64,000 nucleotides of DNA. It comes from an uncultured Chloroflexia bacterium (lineage in GTDB: Bacteria > Chloroflexota > Limnocylindria > QHBO01). Within the stretch, counting starts at the first letter, position 1, and each line of letters begins with the position of its first letter. Shown piece by piece: positions 39,287 through 50,074 of the stretch. Under the pieces are notes generated by a model. That model saw nothing but the letters and a program-made list of their open reading frames with translations, made no database searches and was not told the origin of the DNA. The DNA lies in the NCBI GenBank assembly GCA_963839635.1, contig CAWIVT010000007.1:31506-95505 (forward strand), written 5' to 3'. A program made the translations under genes and the position numbers.

Positions 39287-40162
39287 TCAGACCACCTTCG
39301 CGAATGCCGGTTCCATTCGCTTGAAGAGGAGGATGCCGGTGACGAGGAGCACGCAGGACGCGGCGAAGGCAAGCCCCAGTCCCAGGAAGTCGGGCGGGGA
39401 ATGCGAACCGTCGAGGTTGCCGTAGATCACGTTGCGGTACGACTCGAGGATCGGCGCCATTGGATTCAGACTCAGGATCGTCCGCAGCGGTGACGGCTCC
39501 TGCAGGTGGTCCTGGAAGGACCAGAGTCCGGGGGAGGCGTAGAACCAGAGCCGCATGATGTGGCCGAGCAGGTTCTGGACGTCGCGGTAGAAGGTGTTGA
39601 CCGCCGACAGCACGATGCCGAATCCCAGGCTGAAGGTGAACTGCACGAGCGCGATGAGCGGAATGGTGAGCAGCCACGGGCTCAGCCGATCCAGGAAGAG
39701 AACGTACATCATGGCGAGCGCGATGAGGCTGATCCCGAAGCTGACCGTGCCGGCCACCACGGCACCGGCAGGGAGGACGATCTTGGGGAACTGCACCTGC
39801 CGGATGAGCCCCTCGCGTCCGGTGATCGAGCCGGTGGCCGAGCCGAGTGAGATCGAGAGCCACTTCCACGGCAGGATGGCGGCAAAGATGAAGAGCGGGT
39901 AGTCGGGCGTGCCGCGGTTGAAGATGATCTCGACCAGCACGACGTAGATCGCCATCTGGAGCAGGGGGTCGAGGACCCACCACACCTGGCCGAGGACGGT
40001 GTCGACATGGGTCCGCTTCATGTTCGCCGAGACCATGTAGCGGATGAGCCGGCGACGGCTCAGCAGCTCCACGATCCCTTCGGTGATCAGGCTGATCGCA
40101 GAGCGCTTCTGCGTCGGGACGCGCATGGTCGATCGGAGCGCGTCCGACTGGGGGGTCGACAT
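39287..40162 (-). CDS. ABC-2 type polysaccharide export permease (Wzm/TagG-like)
   Basis: 291 aa, 6 TM helices, ABC-2 layout. Its stop is 3 nt before the ATPase start. Confidence 0.85.
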   Translation of the reverse strand: MSTPQSDALRSTMRVPTQKRSAISLITEGIVELLSRRRLIRYMVSANMKRTHVDTVLGQVWWVLDPLLQMAIYVVLVEIIFNRGTPDYPLFIFAAILPWKWLSISLGSATGSITGREGLIRQVQFPKIVLPAGAVVAGTVSFGISLIALAMMYVLFLDRLSPWLLTIPLIALVQFTFSLGFGIVLSAVNTFYRDVQNLLGHIMRLWFYASPGLWSFQDHLQEPSPLRTILSLNPMAPILESYRNVIYGNLDGSHSPPDFLGLGLAFAASCVLLVTGILLFKRMEPAFAKVV

Positions 40163-40230
40163 GTCGGTCGTACGGTATCAGCAGCCACACCAACTGTCAC
40201 CCGACGGGCGCGGCGCTAGACTTGTGCCCA

Positions 40231-42120
40231 ATGTCCGACGACAACGGCCGCCAGCCCCTGCCCGTCATCGTCGTCGCATCCTGGTATCCAGGCGTTGACG
40301 ACCCCGCTCGCGGCCGATTCGTGGCCGATCAGGCCAATGCCCTTGCCGCCACGGGCCGCATCTCGCCGCTCGTCCTCTCGTTCGACACGGCGCTGATCGA
40401 CGGCGAGCAGCTTCGCCGCCTCTCCGAGATGGGAGTCGTGCAGCGCCACGCCGCCGGAGGAATCGCCGAGCGCGACGATGCGATCAACCGGCTGGGCTGG
40501 GGACTTGAGCCGGGCGTGGCCGTCGGTCGGGTCTCGCTCCTCGAGGGCGTCGGCCGCTCGACCCCGTCCGGCAGCGACGGTGACCTCCGGCGCGACGCAC
40601 TGCTCAGCCTCGCGGAGGTCATCGACCTCGACGGCTCGGGGCCGGGCGTCGTCCACGCTCACACCGGCTATCCGGATGGCTACGCCGCCGCGGCGCTGGC
40701 GGAGCACCTTGGCTGGCCTCTCGTCATCACCGAGCACGCCTCATTCGTCGCGCGGCAGCTGCGCCAGCCCGCGCAGCGGCAGCGGTATCTCACGGCGGTC
40801 GAGGCGGCCTCCCGATTCCTCGCCGTGAGCGAGATGCTCGCCGACGAGCTTCGAAAGGCCATCCCGCAGCTCGCCGAAAAGCTCGAGATCATGCCGAACG
40901 CGATCCCGCTTCATCAGTACGCCGTCAATCTCGACTCGCGGCGCCCGGACGAGCTCCTCTTCGTCGGCTATCGCAAGCCCACCAAGGGGATGGCCACGCT
41001 GCTCCAGGCCTTCGCCGACGTTCACGCCGCGCGACCGAGCGCGACGCTGCGCCTGATCGGCCGCTCGCCGACCGACGAGGTCGAGCGCCAGTGGCAGCAG
41101 ATGAGCCGTGACCTGGGAGTCCACGACGCCGTCCGCTTCGAGGGCACCATGGACCGAGCGGGGGTCGCGGCCGCGATGGGCCGCGCGAGCGTTCTCGTCC
41201 ATCCCAGCCCCCGGGAGACGTTCGGCATGACGACCCTCGAGGCCCTCGCATCCGGCACGCCCGTCGTGGCGACGCGTTCCGGAGGGATCAGCGGGATCCT
41301 GGAGGACCGCAGGCTCGGCGAGCTGGTGCCACCACAGGACTCTCGCGCTCTGGCGCGGGCAGTGATCCGGACGCTCGAGCGCCGCGACTCGTTCGAGCCC
41401 ACCACGCTCCGCGCGGCAGTGGAGCCCTACTCATCGGTCGAGGTTGGAGGACGGCTGGCCAACCTCTACACGTCGCTCGCAACGGAAGCGCCACCCCCGT
41501 CACGGCCATCGAGACGCGGACATCTCAGCTGGCGCGGCGCGGCGACCGCCGAGCCCGATCGCGTGCTCGTGTTCGCCAATGACACCGAGCGTGCGTCCGC
41601 GCTCCTGCGATCCATGCCGTCCGAGCTCCTCGGGCGCATGCTGCTCGTCACGGCCGGAGCCGACGACGAGGAGCTGCCGGCAGGGATCGGTGCGACGCTT
41701 CGCACCCGCGGCGACATCGCCAGGGAGCTGCGACGAATCAGGATCGAGGGCCCGCGCGGGACGACGCTCGACCGGGCCAAACGGCTCCTCAGCAACCCGA
41801 TCGCCGCCGTTCGCCGTCGCCTCTCGATCGGCGGATTGGGAACGCTCCGCTGGCAGACGGTCATGGCCGGAATCCAGGCCGCGGTCGCGCGCTCGCCGGA
41901 GGTCCGGGCGTTCCTCGCGGATGGCCCCGTCGAAGTCATCTGCGTCGATGCCATCGACCACGTCATTGCAGACCCGCTCATCGCCGATGGGCGCGCCATC
42001 CCCCTCCCCGGCGGCCTGCTCTGGCTGGCCGACCGGTGGGCATCCCGCGAGCCGGAGGGGATGTCCGCGGCACCGCCCGCGGCGGATATCAGCATGTCGG
42101 CGCTCAACCCGTCCGCCTGA
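40231..42120 (+). CDS. GT4-family glycosyltransferase fused to an uncharacterised ~175-aa C-terminal domain (copy A)
   Basis: GT4 part: VVASWYPGVDDPARGRFVADQA...WPLVITEHASFV...VHPSPRETFGMTTLEALASGTPVVAT. From about aa 435 (41524-42051) comes a conserved unknown region: RVLVFANDTERA...LPAGIG...GPRGT...LRW...VICVD...LLWLADRW. Confidence 0.75.
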   Translation: MSDDNGRQPLPVIVVASWYPGVDDPARGRFVADQANALAATGRISPLVLSFDTALIDGEQLRRLSEMGVVQRHAAGGIAERDDAINRLGWGLEPGVAVGRVSLLEGVGRSTPSGSDGDLRRDALLSLAEVIDLDGSGPGVVHAHTGYPDGYAAAALAEHLGWPLVITEHASFVARQLRQPAQRQRYLTAVEAASRFLAVSEMLADELRKAIPQLAEKLEIMPNAIPLHQYAVNLDSRRPDELLFVGYRKPTKGMATLLQAFADVHAARPSATLRLIGRSPTDEVERQWQQMSRDLGVHDAVRFEGTMDRAGVAAAMGRASVLVHPSPRETFGMTTLEALASGTPVVATRSGGISGILEDRRLGELVPPQDSRALARAVIRTLERRDSFEPTTLRAAVEPYSSVEVGGRLANLYTSLATEAPPPSRPSRRGHLSWRGAATAEPDRVLVFANDTERASALLRSMPSELLGRMLLVTAGADDEELPAGIGATLRTRGDIARELRRIRIEGPRGTTLDRAKRLLSNPIAAVRRRLSIGGLGTLRWQTVMAGIQAAVARSPEVRAFLADGPVEVICVDAIDHVIADPLIADGRAIPLPGGLLWLADRWASREPEGMSAAPPAADISMSALNPSA

Positions 42121-42151
42121 AGCTCGCCGCACAGCCGATGCCCGGCCCGTG

Positions 42152-43276
42152 CTAGGGCTGCCCGGACGCCTCGCGCTCGAGAACGGCGGAGGCAAGACGC
42201 TCGCCGACCACCTCCCAGTCGTACACCTCCTCGGCGACGCGCCGTGCGCGCGCCCCGATCTCGTGTGCCTGAGCTGGATCGGCGATGAGCTGACGCAGCG
42301 CGCTGGCGACGTCATCCTCGGAGTCGCCGGCGGTGACGAGGCCCAGGCCGTAGCGCTCGACGATCGCCCTGGTCTCATGCCGGGGGGTCACCACCAGTGG
42401 CCTGCCGGCGGCGATCGAGTCGAGCAGCTTCACCGGCAGGGCGACGTCGTAGTACTCGCCCGGGGGATGCGGGATGGTCAGGACCGTTGCCTGGCGCAGG
42501 CTGTCACTGAGGTCCTCGTACCCGGCGGTCGAGATCTCGATCCATCGCTCGGTGGCCGTCGCCCGCTGGAGGGCTCTCAGGTAGGCCTCGCTGTCGTCGC
42601 CGGTGGGCGCCAGCCAGAGGAGGAGGCGCAGCTCCGGGATCTCCTGATGGATCGCGCGCGCGGCGGCGATGAGCAGCTCGATGCCGCGTCCGGGGGCCGC
42701 GCCCGAGATCATCCCGATCGCCGGGTCCTCGGGCCACTCGCCTGGGGTGACGTGGCTCGCATCGGTCCCGTTGCCGGCGACGATGACCCGCGACATGTCG
42801 AGGCCGATGTGCTCGGCGAACGACGCCGTCGGGACGACGTGCCACCGGAACGCGGCGAGGTTCGCTCGCTTGCGGGCGTTGAAATAGGCCTGCCGATCCG
42901 CGGGCATCTGGATCCCGAGGTCGTGGGCCTGCGCCACCGGGTCGTCGTAGACGCCGACCGCCGCCGGATCGAGCACCCGCTCGGCCATGCGGAGCACGTG
43001 GGGAGGGATCATCTCCGAGGAGGCAAGCCGCGGGTGCGGCCCTCGGCGAATGAGCGACAGCGGGGTCGGGAGGATGCGCAGGATCCCGAACTCGTCGCGC
43101 AGCGGCCGCCGGCCCCAGCCCTCGAGGATCGTGGCTCCGGTCCGGCTCGCGAGCCCGCGGAAGAGATGGGTGCGACGCAGATCGCCACCCCATCGGGTCC
43201 GGGAGGTCTCGAGCATGACGCACCACCGATCGGACGGTGAACCAGGATCAGGACGTCGGGAAATTGGGGCGTGCAC
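42152..43276 (-). CDS. divergent GT1/GT4-like glycosyltransferase (partner copy A)
   Basis: C-terminal half GRGIELLIAAARAIHQEIPELRLLLW...DVALPVKLLDSIAAGRPLVVTP. GTG at 43276. Clear paralogue of 50075-51175. Confidence 0.65.
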   Translation of the reverse strand: MHAPISRRPDPGSPSDRWCVMLETSRTRWGGDLRRTHLFRGLASRTGATILEGWGRRPLRDEFGILRILPTPLSLIRRGPHPRLASSEMIPPHVLRMAERVLDPAAVGVYDDPVAQAHDLGIQMPADRQAYFNARKRANLAAFRWHVVPTASFAEHIGLDMSRVIVAGNGTDASHVTPGEWPEDPAIGMISGAAPGRGIELLIAAARAIHQEIPELRLLLWLAPTGDDSEAYLRALQRATATERWIEISTAGYEDLSDSLRQATVLTIPHPPGEYYDVALPVKLLDSIAAGRPLVVTPRHETRAIVERYGLGLVTAGDSEDDVASALRQLIADPAQAHEIGARARRVAEEVYDWEVVGERLASAVLEREASGQP

Positions 43277-43392
43277 GTTCGGGTGCGATACCTTCGTGAC
43301 CGGTGCGCGTCCGCTCCGCGGCTGCTCCGCGGCGCCGGCGAACGGGGCGCAAGTATAGGTCCGGGTACCGCGGGCGGGTACAATCCGCCGCC

Positions 43393-44868
43393 GTGACCGA
43401 TGGGACCTCGACCCGACTGCCGACGGGGGTGCCGATCCTCCGTCGCCTCCTCGGTGACTCCGCGGTCTACGGTCTTGGAGGTGTCGCCAACCAGGCGCTC
43501 GCGATCCTCCTGGTCCCGATCTACGCTCGCCAGCTCGGGACCGAGGGCTACGGGACCGTCGCGCTCCTGACGACCACGTTGTCGACGGCGACGCTGATCG
43601 CCACCCTCGCCCTGCCGCAGGCGTTCTTCCGCGCCTACCTGCGCGAAGCCGAGACCGACGTGGACCGACGCGCCGTGCTGCGCACGACGCTCGGGCTGCG
43701 CGTTCTGACGTCGGCCGCCGCGCTGGCCATCATGCTGCTCGTCGCGGCGCCGCTGGCGGACCTGATCCTGGGCGCTGCGACCGCCTGGCCGCTGATGGCG
43801 CTGATCGGCGTCGTCGTCCTCTTCGACACCCTGAACGTGGTGCCCCTCTCGTTCCTGCGCGCCGAGCGCCGCCCGGGACCGTATGCGCTGCTCTCGTTCA
43901 GCCGGGCGGTCCTCGGCAGCATCCTCATCATCGGCTTCGTCGTCGCCGCCGGCCTGGGACCGTTGGGGGTGGTCCTCGGCTCGGCACTCGCGGCCGCCGT
44001 TGCGGCCATCGCCGGCAGCTTCCTCCTGGCACGCGGCGGCCGCCTCAAGCTGGGCCTCGATCGGACGCTCGCGCGCCGGATGCTCGCATTCGGCCTGCCG
44101 CTGGTGCCGGCGGCGCTCGCCGGCTGGGCGCTCAACCTCTCGGATCGATACCTCGTCAACGCGTTCGATGGACGCGACGCGGTCGGCATCTACTCCGCGG
44201 GCTACACGGTCGGGCTCGCCATCAACGCCCTGGCGATCGCGCCGTTCAGCCTGGCATGGGGCGCCACCTACTGGGAGATCGCGAAGCGGGAGGATGCCCC
44301 GGCCGTGATCAGCCGTGTGCTGACCGGCTTCGCGGCGCTGGCATCCTTCGCGGCCCTCGGCATCTCGGCCCTCGCGACCGATGCCTTCCGGATCCTCCTC
44401 ACCCCCGGGTTCGAAGATGGGCGGTTCGTCACGCCGTTCAGCGCCTTCGCGTTCGTCGGCTACGGGCTGTTCACGATCCTCACCACGGGAATCAACCTCG
44501 CCGGTCGCACACGCTGGCTGCCGCTCATCATGGGCGCGGCAGCGGCGGCCAACTTCGTGCTCAACCTGGCGCTCATTCCGGCGCTCGGCTATCTCGGCGC
44601 GGCCGTCTCGACGCTCCTGGGCTACGCGCTGCTGGCGGTGATCGGCGGGATGGTGTCGCAGCGGGCGTATCCGGTCCGGTGGGAGCTCGGACGCGTGAGC
44701 GTGGTCCTTGGGCTTGCGATGGCGCTCGCGGCCGCCGCGCTCCTGGGCCCGGACCACGTCGTGTGGCGCCTGGCGACCATCGTCACCTATCCGGCCGCGG
44801 TGGTCGGCCTCGGGATCGTCCCGCGCCGGTATGCCGCAGAGCTGATCGGCCTCATCAGGCGGCGGTGA
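43393..44868 (+). CDS. MOP-superfamily polysaccharide flippase (Wzx-like), third copy
   Basis: GTG at 43393, in frame within track ORF 43303-44868. ILRRLLGDSAVYGLGGVANQALAILLVPIYARQLGTEGYG followed by about 13 more TM helices. Confidence 0.8.
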   Translation: MTDGTSTRLPTGVPILRRLLGDSAVYGLGGVANQALAILLVPIYARQLGTEGYGTVALLTTTLSTATLIATLALPQAFFRAYLREAETDVDRRAVLRTTLGLRVLTSAAALAIMLLVAAPLADLILGAATAWPLMALIGVVVLFDTLNVVPLSFLRAERRPGPYALLSFSRAVLGSILIIGFVVAAGLGPLGVVLGSALAAAVAAIAGSFLLARGGRLKLGLDRTLARRMLAFGLPLVPAALAGWALNLSDRYLVNAFDGRDAVGIYSAGYTVGLAINALAIAPFSLAWGATYWEIAKREDAPAVISRVLTGFAALASFAALGISALATDAFRILLTPGFEDGRFVTPFSAFAFVGYGLFTILTTGINLAGRTRWLPLIMGAAAAANFVLNLALIPALGYLGAAVSTLLGYALLAVIGGMVSQRAYPVRWELGRVSVVLGLAMALAAAALLGPDHVVWRLATIVTYPAAVVGLGIVPRRYAAELIGLIRRR

Positions 44869-45757
44869 GCTCGTCCCAGATCCGGGCGAGCTCGGCCTGC
44901 CACCGCTCCAGGCTGAACCGTTCCACCGTGCGGGCCACGACGTCCGGGTCATAGTCCGGGACGCGCGTCAGCGCGCCGGCGAAGTCGCCATCGGTCACCA
45001 GCGTTCCGTTCACTCCGTCGATCACGACCTCGCGGAGCCCGCCGACCGCGCTGGCCACGACCCATCGGCCCGAAGCGATCGCCTCGACCGCCACGATCCC
45101 GAACGGCTCCTCGGTCGACGGCACCAGGACCACGTCATGCGCGTGGATCAGCGCCGGGACCTCGGCCGGGTCCACGTCGCGGAGCCACGGGCCGACGAGC
45201 GTGTCCGCCAGCCCTGCGGCAACGTCGTACCCCTTGCGCGGGTTGCGGCCGCCGAGGTAGAGCACCGATCGCTCGGCCGGGCGAGGGGCCGGCATGAACC
45301 GCGCGAGGTCGACGCCCGGTGGCGCCACGATCGGCTCGACACCCATGCGGCGAAGATGGCCGGCGGTGTCCTCGCTGTTGGTGATCATGCGATCGACGTG
45401 GCGCGCCACGACGCGAGTCGCCCAGCGGCGCGGGAAGCGTTGGCGCTCCCAGTCTCGGACGTCGCCGCCGTGCGCGTAGACGGCGACAGGCACGCCGCGC
45501 AGCCGCGCCACCGCCAACGCCACGAGGCCGGTCGGCGCCACGACGTGCGCCTCGATGCCCCGCAGGCGGCGGACACGGATGGCGTTCCAGAAGAGGCGCG
45601 CATAGAGCACGGGCCACGGGCCCGGCCGTGCGCCGGGATGGACTGCCGTCACGCCTGGCGCGCCGCGCACGCGGTCCCGGACGAACGCGCCGAGGCTTGG
45701 ACGTTCCGACGTCGGCCAGATGCGGGTGATCACGACGAGCTCGCCCCGCCGGGTCAT
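44855..45757 (-). CDS. GT4-family glycosyltransferase (short)
   Basis: ATG at 45757 overlaps the upstream stop (ATGA). LVPSTEEPFGIVAVEAIASGRWVVAS. The longer track ORF (to 46048) is Arg-rich upstream read-through and is rejected. Confidence 0.75.
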   Translation of the reverse strand: MTRRGELVVITRIWPTSERPSLGAFVRDRVRGAPGVTAVHPGARPGPWPVLYARLFWNAIRVRRLRGIEAHVVAPTGLVALAVARLRGVPVAVYAHGGDVRDWERQRFPRRWATRVVARHVDRMITNSEDTAGHLRRMGVEPIVAPPGVDLARFMPAPRPAERSVLYLGGRNPRKGYDVAAGLADTLVGPWLRDVDPAEVPALIHAHDVVLVPSTEEPFGIVAVEAIASGRWVVASAVGGLREVVIDGVNGTLVTDGDFAGALTRVPDYDPDVVARTVERFSLERWQAELARIWDELTAA

Positions 45758-46773
45758 CCCAGCGACTCGATGACGGCGACGATCCGGCGCGCCCGTTCCG
45801 ACCAGGCGTTGGCTCGAGCGGCGACCGCGGCGTTGTCCGACCAGCGCTTCAGCTGAGACGGGGTCGTCTCCAGCACGGCGCGGATCCCACCGGCCAGCCC
45901 ATCGACGCTGTCGTCGACCACGAGGCCGGCGTCGGCGTCGCGGACGATGGCCGCCTGCTCGAGGCAATCGGTGACGATGAGCGGGCGGCCGTACGCGAGG
46001 TACTCCATGACCTTGATCGGCACGGCGATCTCGTTGTAGGGGCTGCATCGGCGTGGCTGGATGGTCGCGATGACCTGCGGCAGCACGGCGCGGATCGTCG
46101 ACTCATCGCCGTGCTCGACACGGAGCCAGTCCGGTCGTGGCTCGGGTGGCTCCTCGCCCGGCCGGGACACGGAGATGACCGTGGGCAGATGGCCGTTGGA
46201 TCGTGCGCGCTCGACCGCGTCGACCAGGAGGTCGAGCCCGTGGACGTGGTGGCGCATCGACCCGACGAAGAGCAGCGCCGACGCGGCCGGATCGCGCGCC
46301 ACCTCGAACGGGGCGGGACTCCCCGGAGGGAGGAGAAGCGGATCGGTCGAGTCGTCACCCACCGCTTCCGCAAGGCCGCGCGAGGGATACGCGACCCGGC
46401 TCGACACGGCCCGCAACGCCCTCGCCGCGGCGGGAAAGGCGGCCCGCGCAAGGCGGCGCTTCACCGAGTCGGCGACGTAATACTCGGCGAAGAGGTACTG
46501 CGCGTCGCGGATGTAGGTCAGCACCGGGACGCCGAGGCCGCGCGCCAGTCCGAGGAAGGCGAGATCCGTCTCTGACGGCAGGTTCGAGCTGTTCTCGACG
46601 TAGATGCCGTCGAGCCCGCGCAGACGCCCCGAAACGGCATAGCGCGCCAGTGCGAGCCGGCGCGGACCCCGATAGCCGGCGACGAGGTCGAGATCCACGA
46701 GCTCGCCGAGCGCGTCGCGAAGGTGGCCGATCCGAACGGTCGGTCCCCACTTCCCGCGGTCGAGCGGGTACAT
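45754..46773 (-). CDS. GT1-like glycosyltransferase
   Basis: 339 aa. C-terminal half LLFVGSMRHHVHGLDLLVDAV...PIKVMEYLAYGRPLIVTD. Confidence 0.65.
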   Translation of the reverse strand: MYPLDRGKWGPTVRIGHLRDALGELVDLDLVAGYRGPRRLALARYAVSGRLRGLDGIYVENSSNLPSETDLAFLGLARGLGVPVLTYIRDAQYLFAEYYVADSVKRRLARAAFPAAARALRAVSSRVAYPSRGLAEAVGDDSTDPLLLPPGSPAPFEVARDPAASALLFVGSMRHHVHGLDLLVDAVERARSNGHLPTVISVSRPGEEPPEPRPDWLRVEHGDESTIRAVLPQVIATIQPRRCSPYNEIAVPIKVMEYLAYGRPLIVTDCLEQAAIVRDADAGLVVDDSVDGLAGGIRAVLETTPSQLKRWSDNAAVAARANAWSERARRIVAVIESLG

Positions 46774-46899
46774 CGAGAGCAGGAGCAGGCGGGGGCGGGA
46801 GGCGGTCAGCGCAGTGAGCTCCGTATGCCGGGCGGAGCCCTGATTCTACCGGCCGGCCGTCCCCGGCTCCGATCCCGATGCGGGTAGACTTCCGACCCG

Positions 46900-48750
46900 A
46901 TGGCCGAACCCAGCGATGGCGTGCAACCGGTCGCGGCGCTGATCGTGGCGACGTGGTATCCCGGCGTCGACGACCCCGGCCGCGGCCGCTTCGTCGCCGA
47001 CCAGGCCGAGGCGCTCCAGGAGAGCGGCCTCGTTCGCCCGCTCGTCGCGTCGTTCGACATCGCGTACGCCGACAGCCTTCCCGCAGCGCGCCGCGCGTCC
47101 GGGGTGACCGGCCATCTCCGGAGCGTGCTCGCCGTGCGCGATGACGTCGTCTCCCCGGGTGGGTGGCTCGCGCCGCCCTCCATCGGCACCGCGCGGTTGC
47201 CGACGCCCGAGCCGTTCGGGAAGGCGTCGCTGGCGCCCGGCGAGGAGGCCGACCATCGGCGGGAGGCGCTGGAGCTTCTCGCCGGACGGCTGGACCCTGG
47301 CGGGATGCGCGGCGTGGTGCATGCCCACACGGCCTATCCCGATGGGTTCGCGGCGATCGGCGCCGCACGGCGGCTCGGATGGCCCCTCGTCATCACCGAG
47401 CACGCCTCGTTCGTGTCGCGCCAGCTCCGCAATCCGGAGCACCGACGGCGATACCTCGAGGCGGTGGAGGCCGCATCGCGATTCATCGCGGTCAGCGACA
47501 TGCTCGCGTCGGAGCTGGTGGCGGCGATCCCCGGGGTGGCGGACAAGCTCATGGTGATCCCGAACGTCATCGCGCTCGACGCCTTCGAGGCCGGCGCCAT
47601 CGAGGAACGTCGCCCCGATGAGCTGCTCTTCATCGGCAATCGGAAGGAGCGAAAGGGAATGATCGTCCTGCTGCGCGCCTTCGCCGACGTCCTGGAGGCA
47701 CGCCCCGGCGCAACGTTGCGGCTGATCGGCAAGTCGTCGACGTACGCCGAGGAGGAGCAGTGGCTGCGGCTGGCCGACGATCTCGGAGTCGCCAACGCGG
47801 TTACGTTCGACGGCCCGACCGATCGTGTCGGGGTCGCCGCGGCGTTTCGGCGCGCCAGCGTGTTCGTCCATCCCAGTCCTCGCGAGACGTTCGGGGTCGT
47901 GACCCTCGAGGCGTTGGCCTCCGGGCTGCCCGTGGTCGCCACGCAGTCGGGCGGGATCAGCGCCATCCTGGAGGACGAGCGGCTCGGCGCGCTCGTGCCT
48001 CCGCAGGATCCCCGGATGCTGGCGAGGGCGGTGCAGCGCACCCTCGCGCGGCGCCACGAGTTCGATCCAGCGGTCCTCCGGGCCGCGGTGAAGCCCTTCT
48101 CAGGCGAAGCGGTCGCCGCGCGCCTGCGCGCCCTGTACGACGAGGTCATCGACGAGGCCGATGCGGGCCGCACGCGCCGGGCGGAGGGAGGCGCGCTGGT
48201 GTGGTCCGGGAAGGCCACGCCGATCGGCGACGTCGTCGTCTTCGCCCACGATACCGACCGGGCAGCGCGGTTCCTGTCGCGCATGCCGCCCGCCCTGCGT
48301 GCGCGCATCGCACTCGTCACCAGCGGTGAACCCGTGAACGAGGCGCTGCCGGCGGGCATCGGGCGAGTCGTTCTCAGCAGGAGCCACATCGACGACGAGC
48401 TGCGGCGCGCCGGTCTGGCCGGGCCGCGCGGAACGCTGATGACCCGCGTGATGCGCCTCGTCGGCAGCCCGGTCGCCCGGATCCGGCGCCGCCTCGTGAA
48501 GGGAGGGCCGGCCGAGCTGCGATGGCGGGCAACCATCGCCGGCGTCCGCCGTGCGGTCGGCGAGATGAACCCGGGGGACGGCCGTCCGGTGCCGGAGGTC
48601 GTCTGCCTCGACGTCCTCGACTACGCGGTTGCCGACGAGCTCGTCGCCGCGGGGCGCCTACGGGGCGGGCCCGGCGCCCTCACCTGGCTGGCCGACCGAT
48701 GGAACGCAACGGCCACGGACGAGGCGTCGTCCCGTCACCCTGCCGGCTGA
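46900..48750 (+). CDS. GT4-family glycosyltransferase fused to an uncharacterised ~175-aa C-terminal domain (copy B)
   Basis: Collinear with 40231-42120: IVATWYPGVDDPGRGRFVADQA...WPLVITEHASFV...VHPSPRETFGVVTLEALASGLPVVAT. The C-terminal region (48187-48708) reads VVVFAHDTDRA...LPAGIG...GPRGT...LRW...VVCLD...LTWLADRW. Confidence 0.75.
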   Translation: MAEPSDGVQPVAALIVATWYPGVDDPGRGRFVADQAEALQESGLVRPLVASFDIAYADSLPAARRASGVTGHLRSVLAVRDDVVSPGGWLAPPSIGTARLPTPEPFGKASLAPGEEADHRREALELLAGRLDPGGMRGVVHAHTAYPDGFAAIGAARRLGWPLVITEHASFVSRQLRNPEHRRRYLEAVEAASRFIAVSDMLASELVAAIPGVADKLMVIPNVIALDAFEAGAIEERRPDELLFIGNRKERKGMIVLLRAFADVLEARPGATLRLIGKSSTYAEEEQWLRLADDLGVANAVTFDGPTDRVGVAAAFRRASVFVHPSPRETFGVVTLEALASGLPVVATQSGGISAILEDERLGALVPPQDPRMLARAVQRTLARRHEFDPAVLRAAVKPFSGEAVAARLRALYDEVIDEADAGRTRRAEGGALVWSGKATPIGDVVVFAHDTDRAARFLSRMPPALRARIALVTSGEPVNEALPAGIGRVVLSRSHIDDELRRAGLAGPRGTLMTRVMRLVGSPVARIRRRLVKGGPAELRWRATIAGVRRAVGEMNPGDGRPVPEVVCLDVLDYAVADELVAAGRLRGGPGALTWLADRWNATATDEASSRHPAG

Positions 48751-50057
48751 ACCAGTCCGGCCGCTTCCGCCGCGGGCTCCGCATCGACCCTGCCGACGCC
48801 TCGATACGAGAGCCCAGCCGCGGTGACAGCCGCCGGGTCGAAGAGATTGCGGCCGTCGTAGAGGAGTGGCCGGCGCATGCGCGGAGCCAGGGCGGGCAGG
48901 TCGAGCCGGCCGAACTCGGGCCAGTCGGTCGCGACCGCCACCGCGTCGGCGCCATCGAAGACATCCTCGGCACGCTCGGCAACCTGAACTGACCCGACCG
49001 CCTCCGAAGCGCTCCCGGGCGTTACGGCAGGGTCGTAGACGACCACCGAGTGGCCGGCGGTCAGCAGGCGGCGAATGACCGCAACTGCCGGCGAGCCGCG
49101 CAGGTCGTCAGTGTCCGGCTTGAAGCTGAGCCCGAGCACACCGATCCGCGCTGGGTCGGCGCCCACCTCGGTCAGGAGGCGGCGGGCGAATCGGTCCTGC
49201 TGCTCGCCGTTCACGAGCGCCGCCGCGCGGGCGATGTGCATCGGGAGGCCCTGCCGGCGGCCGGCATCGGACAGGACGTCGAGCTCCTTCGGCAGGCACG
49301 AGCCACCGAAGCCGAGACCCGGACGCATGTAGGTCGTCCCGATGCGTGGATCCAGGCCGATCCCGGCGAGCACGTCCCCCACGTCGACCCCGTACTCCTC
49401 GCACAGCGACGCCACCTCGTTCACGAAGCTCAGCTTCAGCGCGAGGAAGGCGTTGGCGACGTTCTTGATGAGCTCCGCCGCCGAGACGTCGACCACGAGC
49501 TGCGGCGCCGACACGTCCGCGTAGAGGCTCTGGAGCTTGCGCAGGTGGTCCTCGCCGGTCTCCGGGAAGCGGCCCAGGACGATGCGGGTCGGCCGCGCGA
49601 AGTCGTCCATGGCGCTTCCCTGGCGCAGGAACTCCGGGTTGGTGCTGACGGCCCGACCGTCGGCCCGGCCGAGCAGGCGCGGCAGGCGAACCGAGGTGCC
49701 CGGCGGGAGCGTGCTTCGCACGCAGACGTCCAGGTTCGGATGGCGGCGGAGCGACTCGAGGGCGGTGGAGAGCTGGCTCTCGTCCGGAGTCCCGTCCTCG
49801 GCGATGGGGGTGCCGACCGCGACGAGGAGCAGGTCGGGAGTCTCGACGCGCCCGAGATCGTGGACGATCGCGATGCGGTCACGGGCGGCGTCGAAGGCCT
49901 CCTGGAGGCCGGACTCGAGGATCGGGACGCGCCCGCTCTCGAGCGCTCCCCGGCGCCCCCCGGACCGCTCGATGAACGTGACGTGATGTCCGGCGCGCGC
50001 AAGGCTGACGCCGGTCACCAGGCCGACGTACCCGGCTCCCATGACGGCGAGTCGCAT
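48735..50057 (-). CDS. UDP-glucose/GDP-mannose dehydrogenase family protein (likely UDP-glucose 6-dehydrogenase)
   Basis: MRLAVMGAGYVGLVTG (NAD fold), catalytic GFGGSCLPKE, and a C-terminal UDP-binding domain (LGLSFKPDTDDLRGSP). Confidence 0.85.
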   Translation of the reverse strand: MRLAVMGAGYVGLVTGVSLARAGHHVTFIERSGGRRGALESGRVPILESGLQEAFDAARDRIAIVHDLGRVETPDLLLVAVGTPIAEDGTPDESQLSTALESLRRHPNLDVCVRSTLPPGTSVRLPRLLGRADGRAVSTNPEFLRQGSAMDDFARPTRIVLGRFPETGEDHLRKLQSLYADVSAPQLVVDVSAAELIKNVANAFLALKLSFVNEVASLCEEYGVDVGDVLAGIGLDPRIGTTYMRPGLGFGGSCLPKELDVLSDAGRRQGLPMHIARAAALVNGEQQDRFARRLLTEVGADPARIGVLGLSFKPDTDDLRGSPAVAVIRRLLTAGHSVVVYDPAVTPGSASEAVGSVQVAERAEDVFDGADAVAVATDWPEFGRLDLPALAPRMRRPLLYDGRNLFDPAAVTAAGLSYRGVGRVDAEPAAEAAGLVQPAG

Positions 50058-50074
50058 CGCGGTCAGGCTAGCAG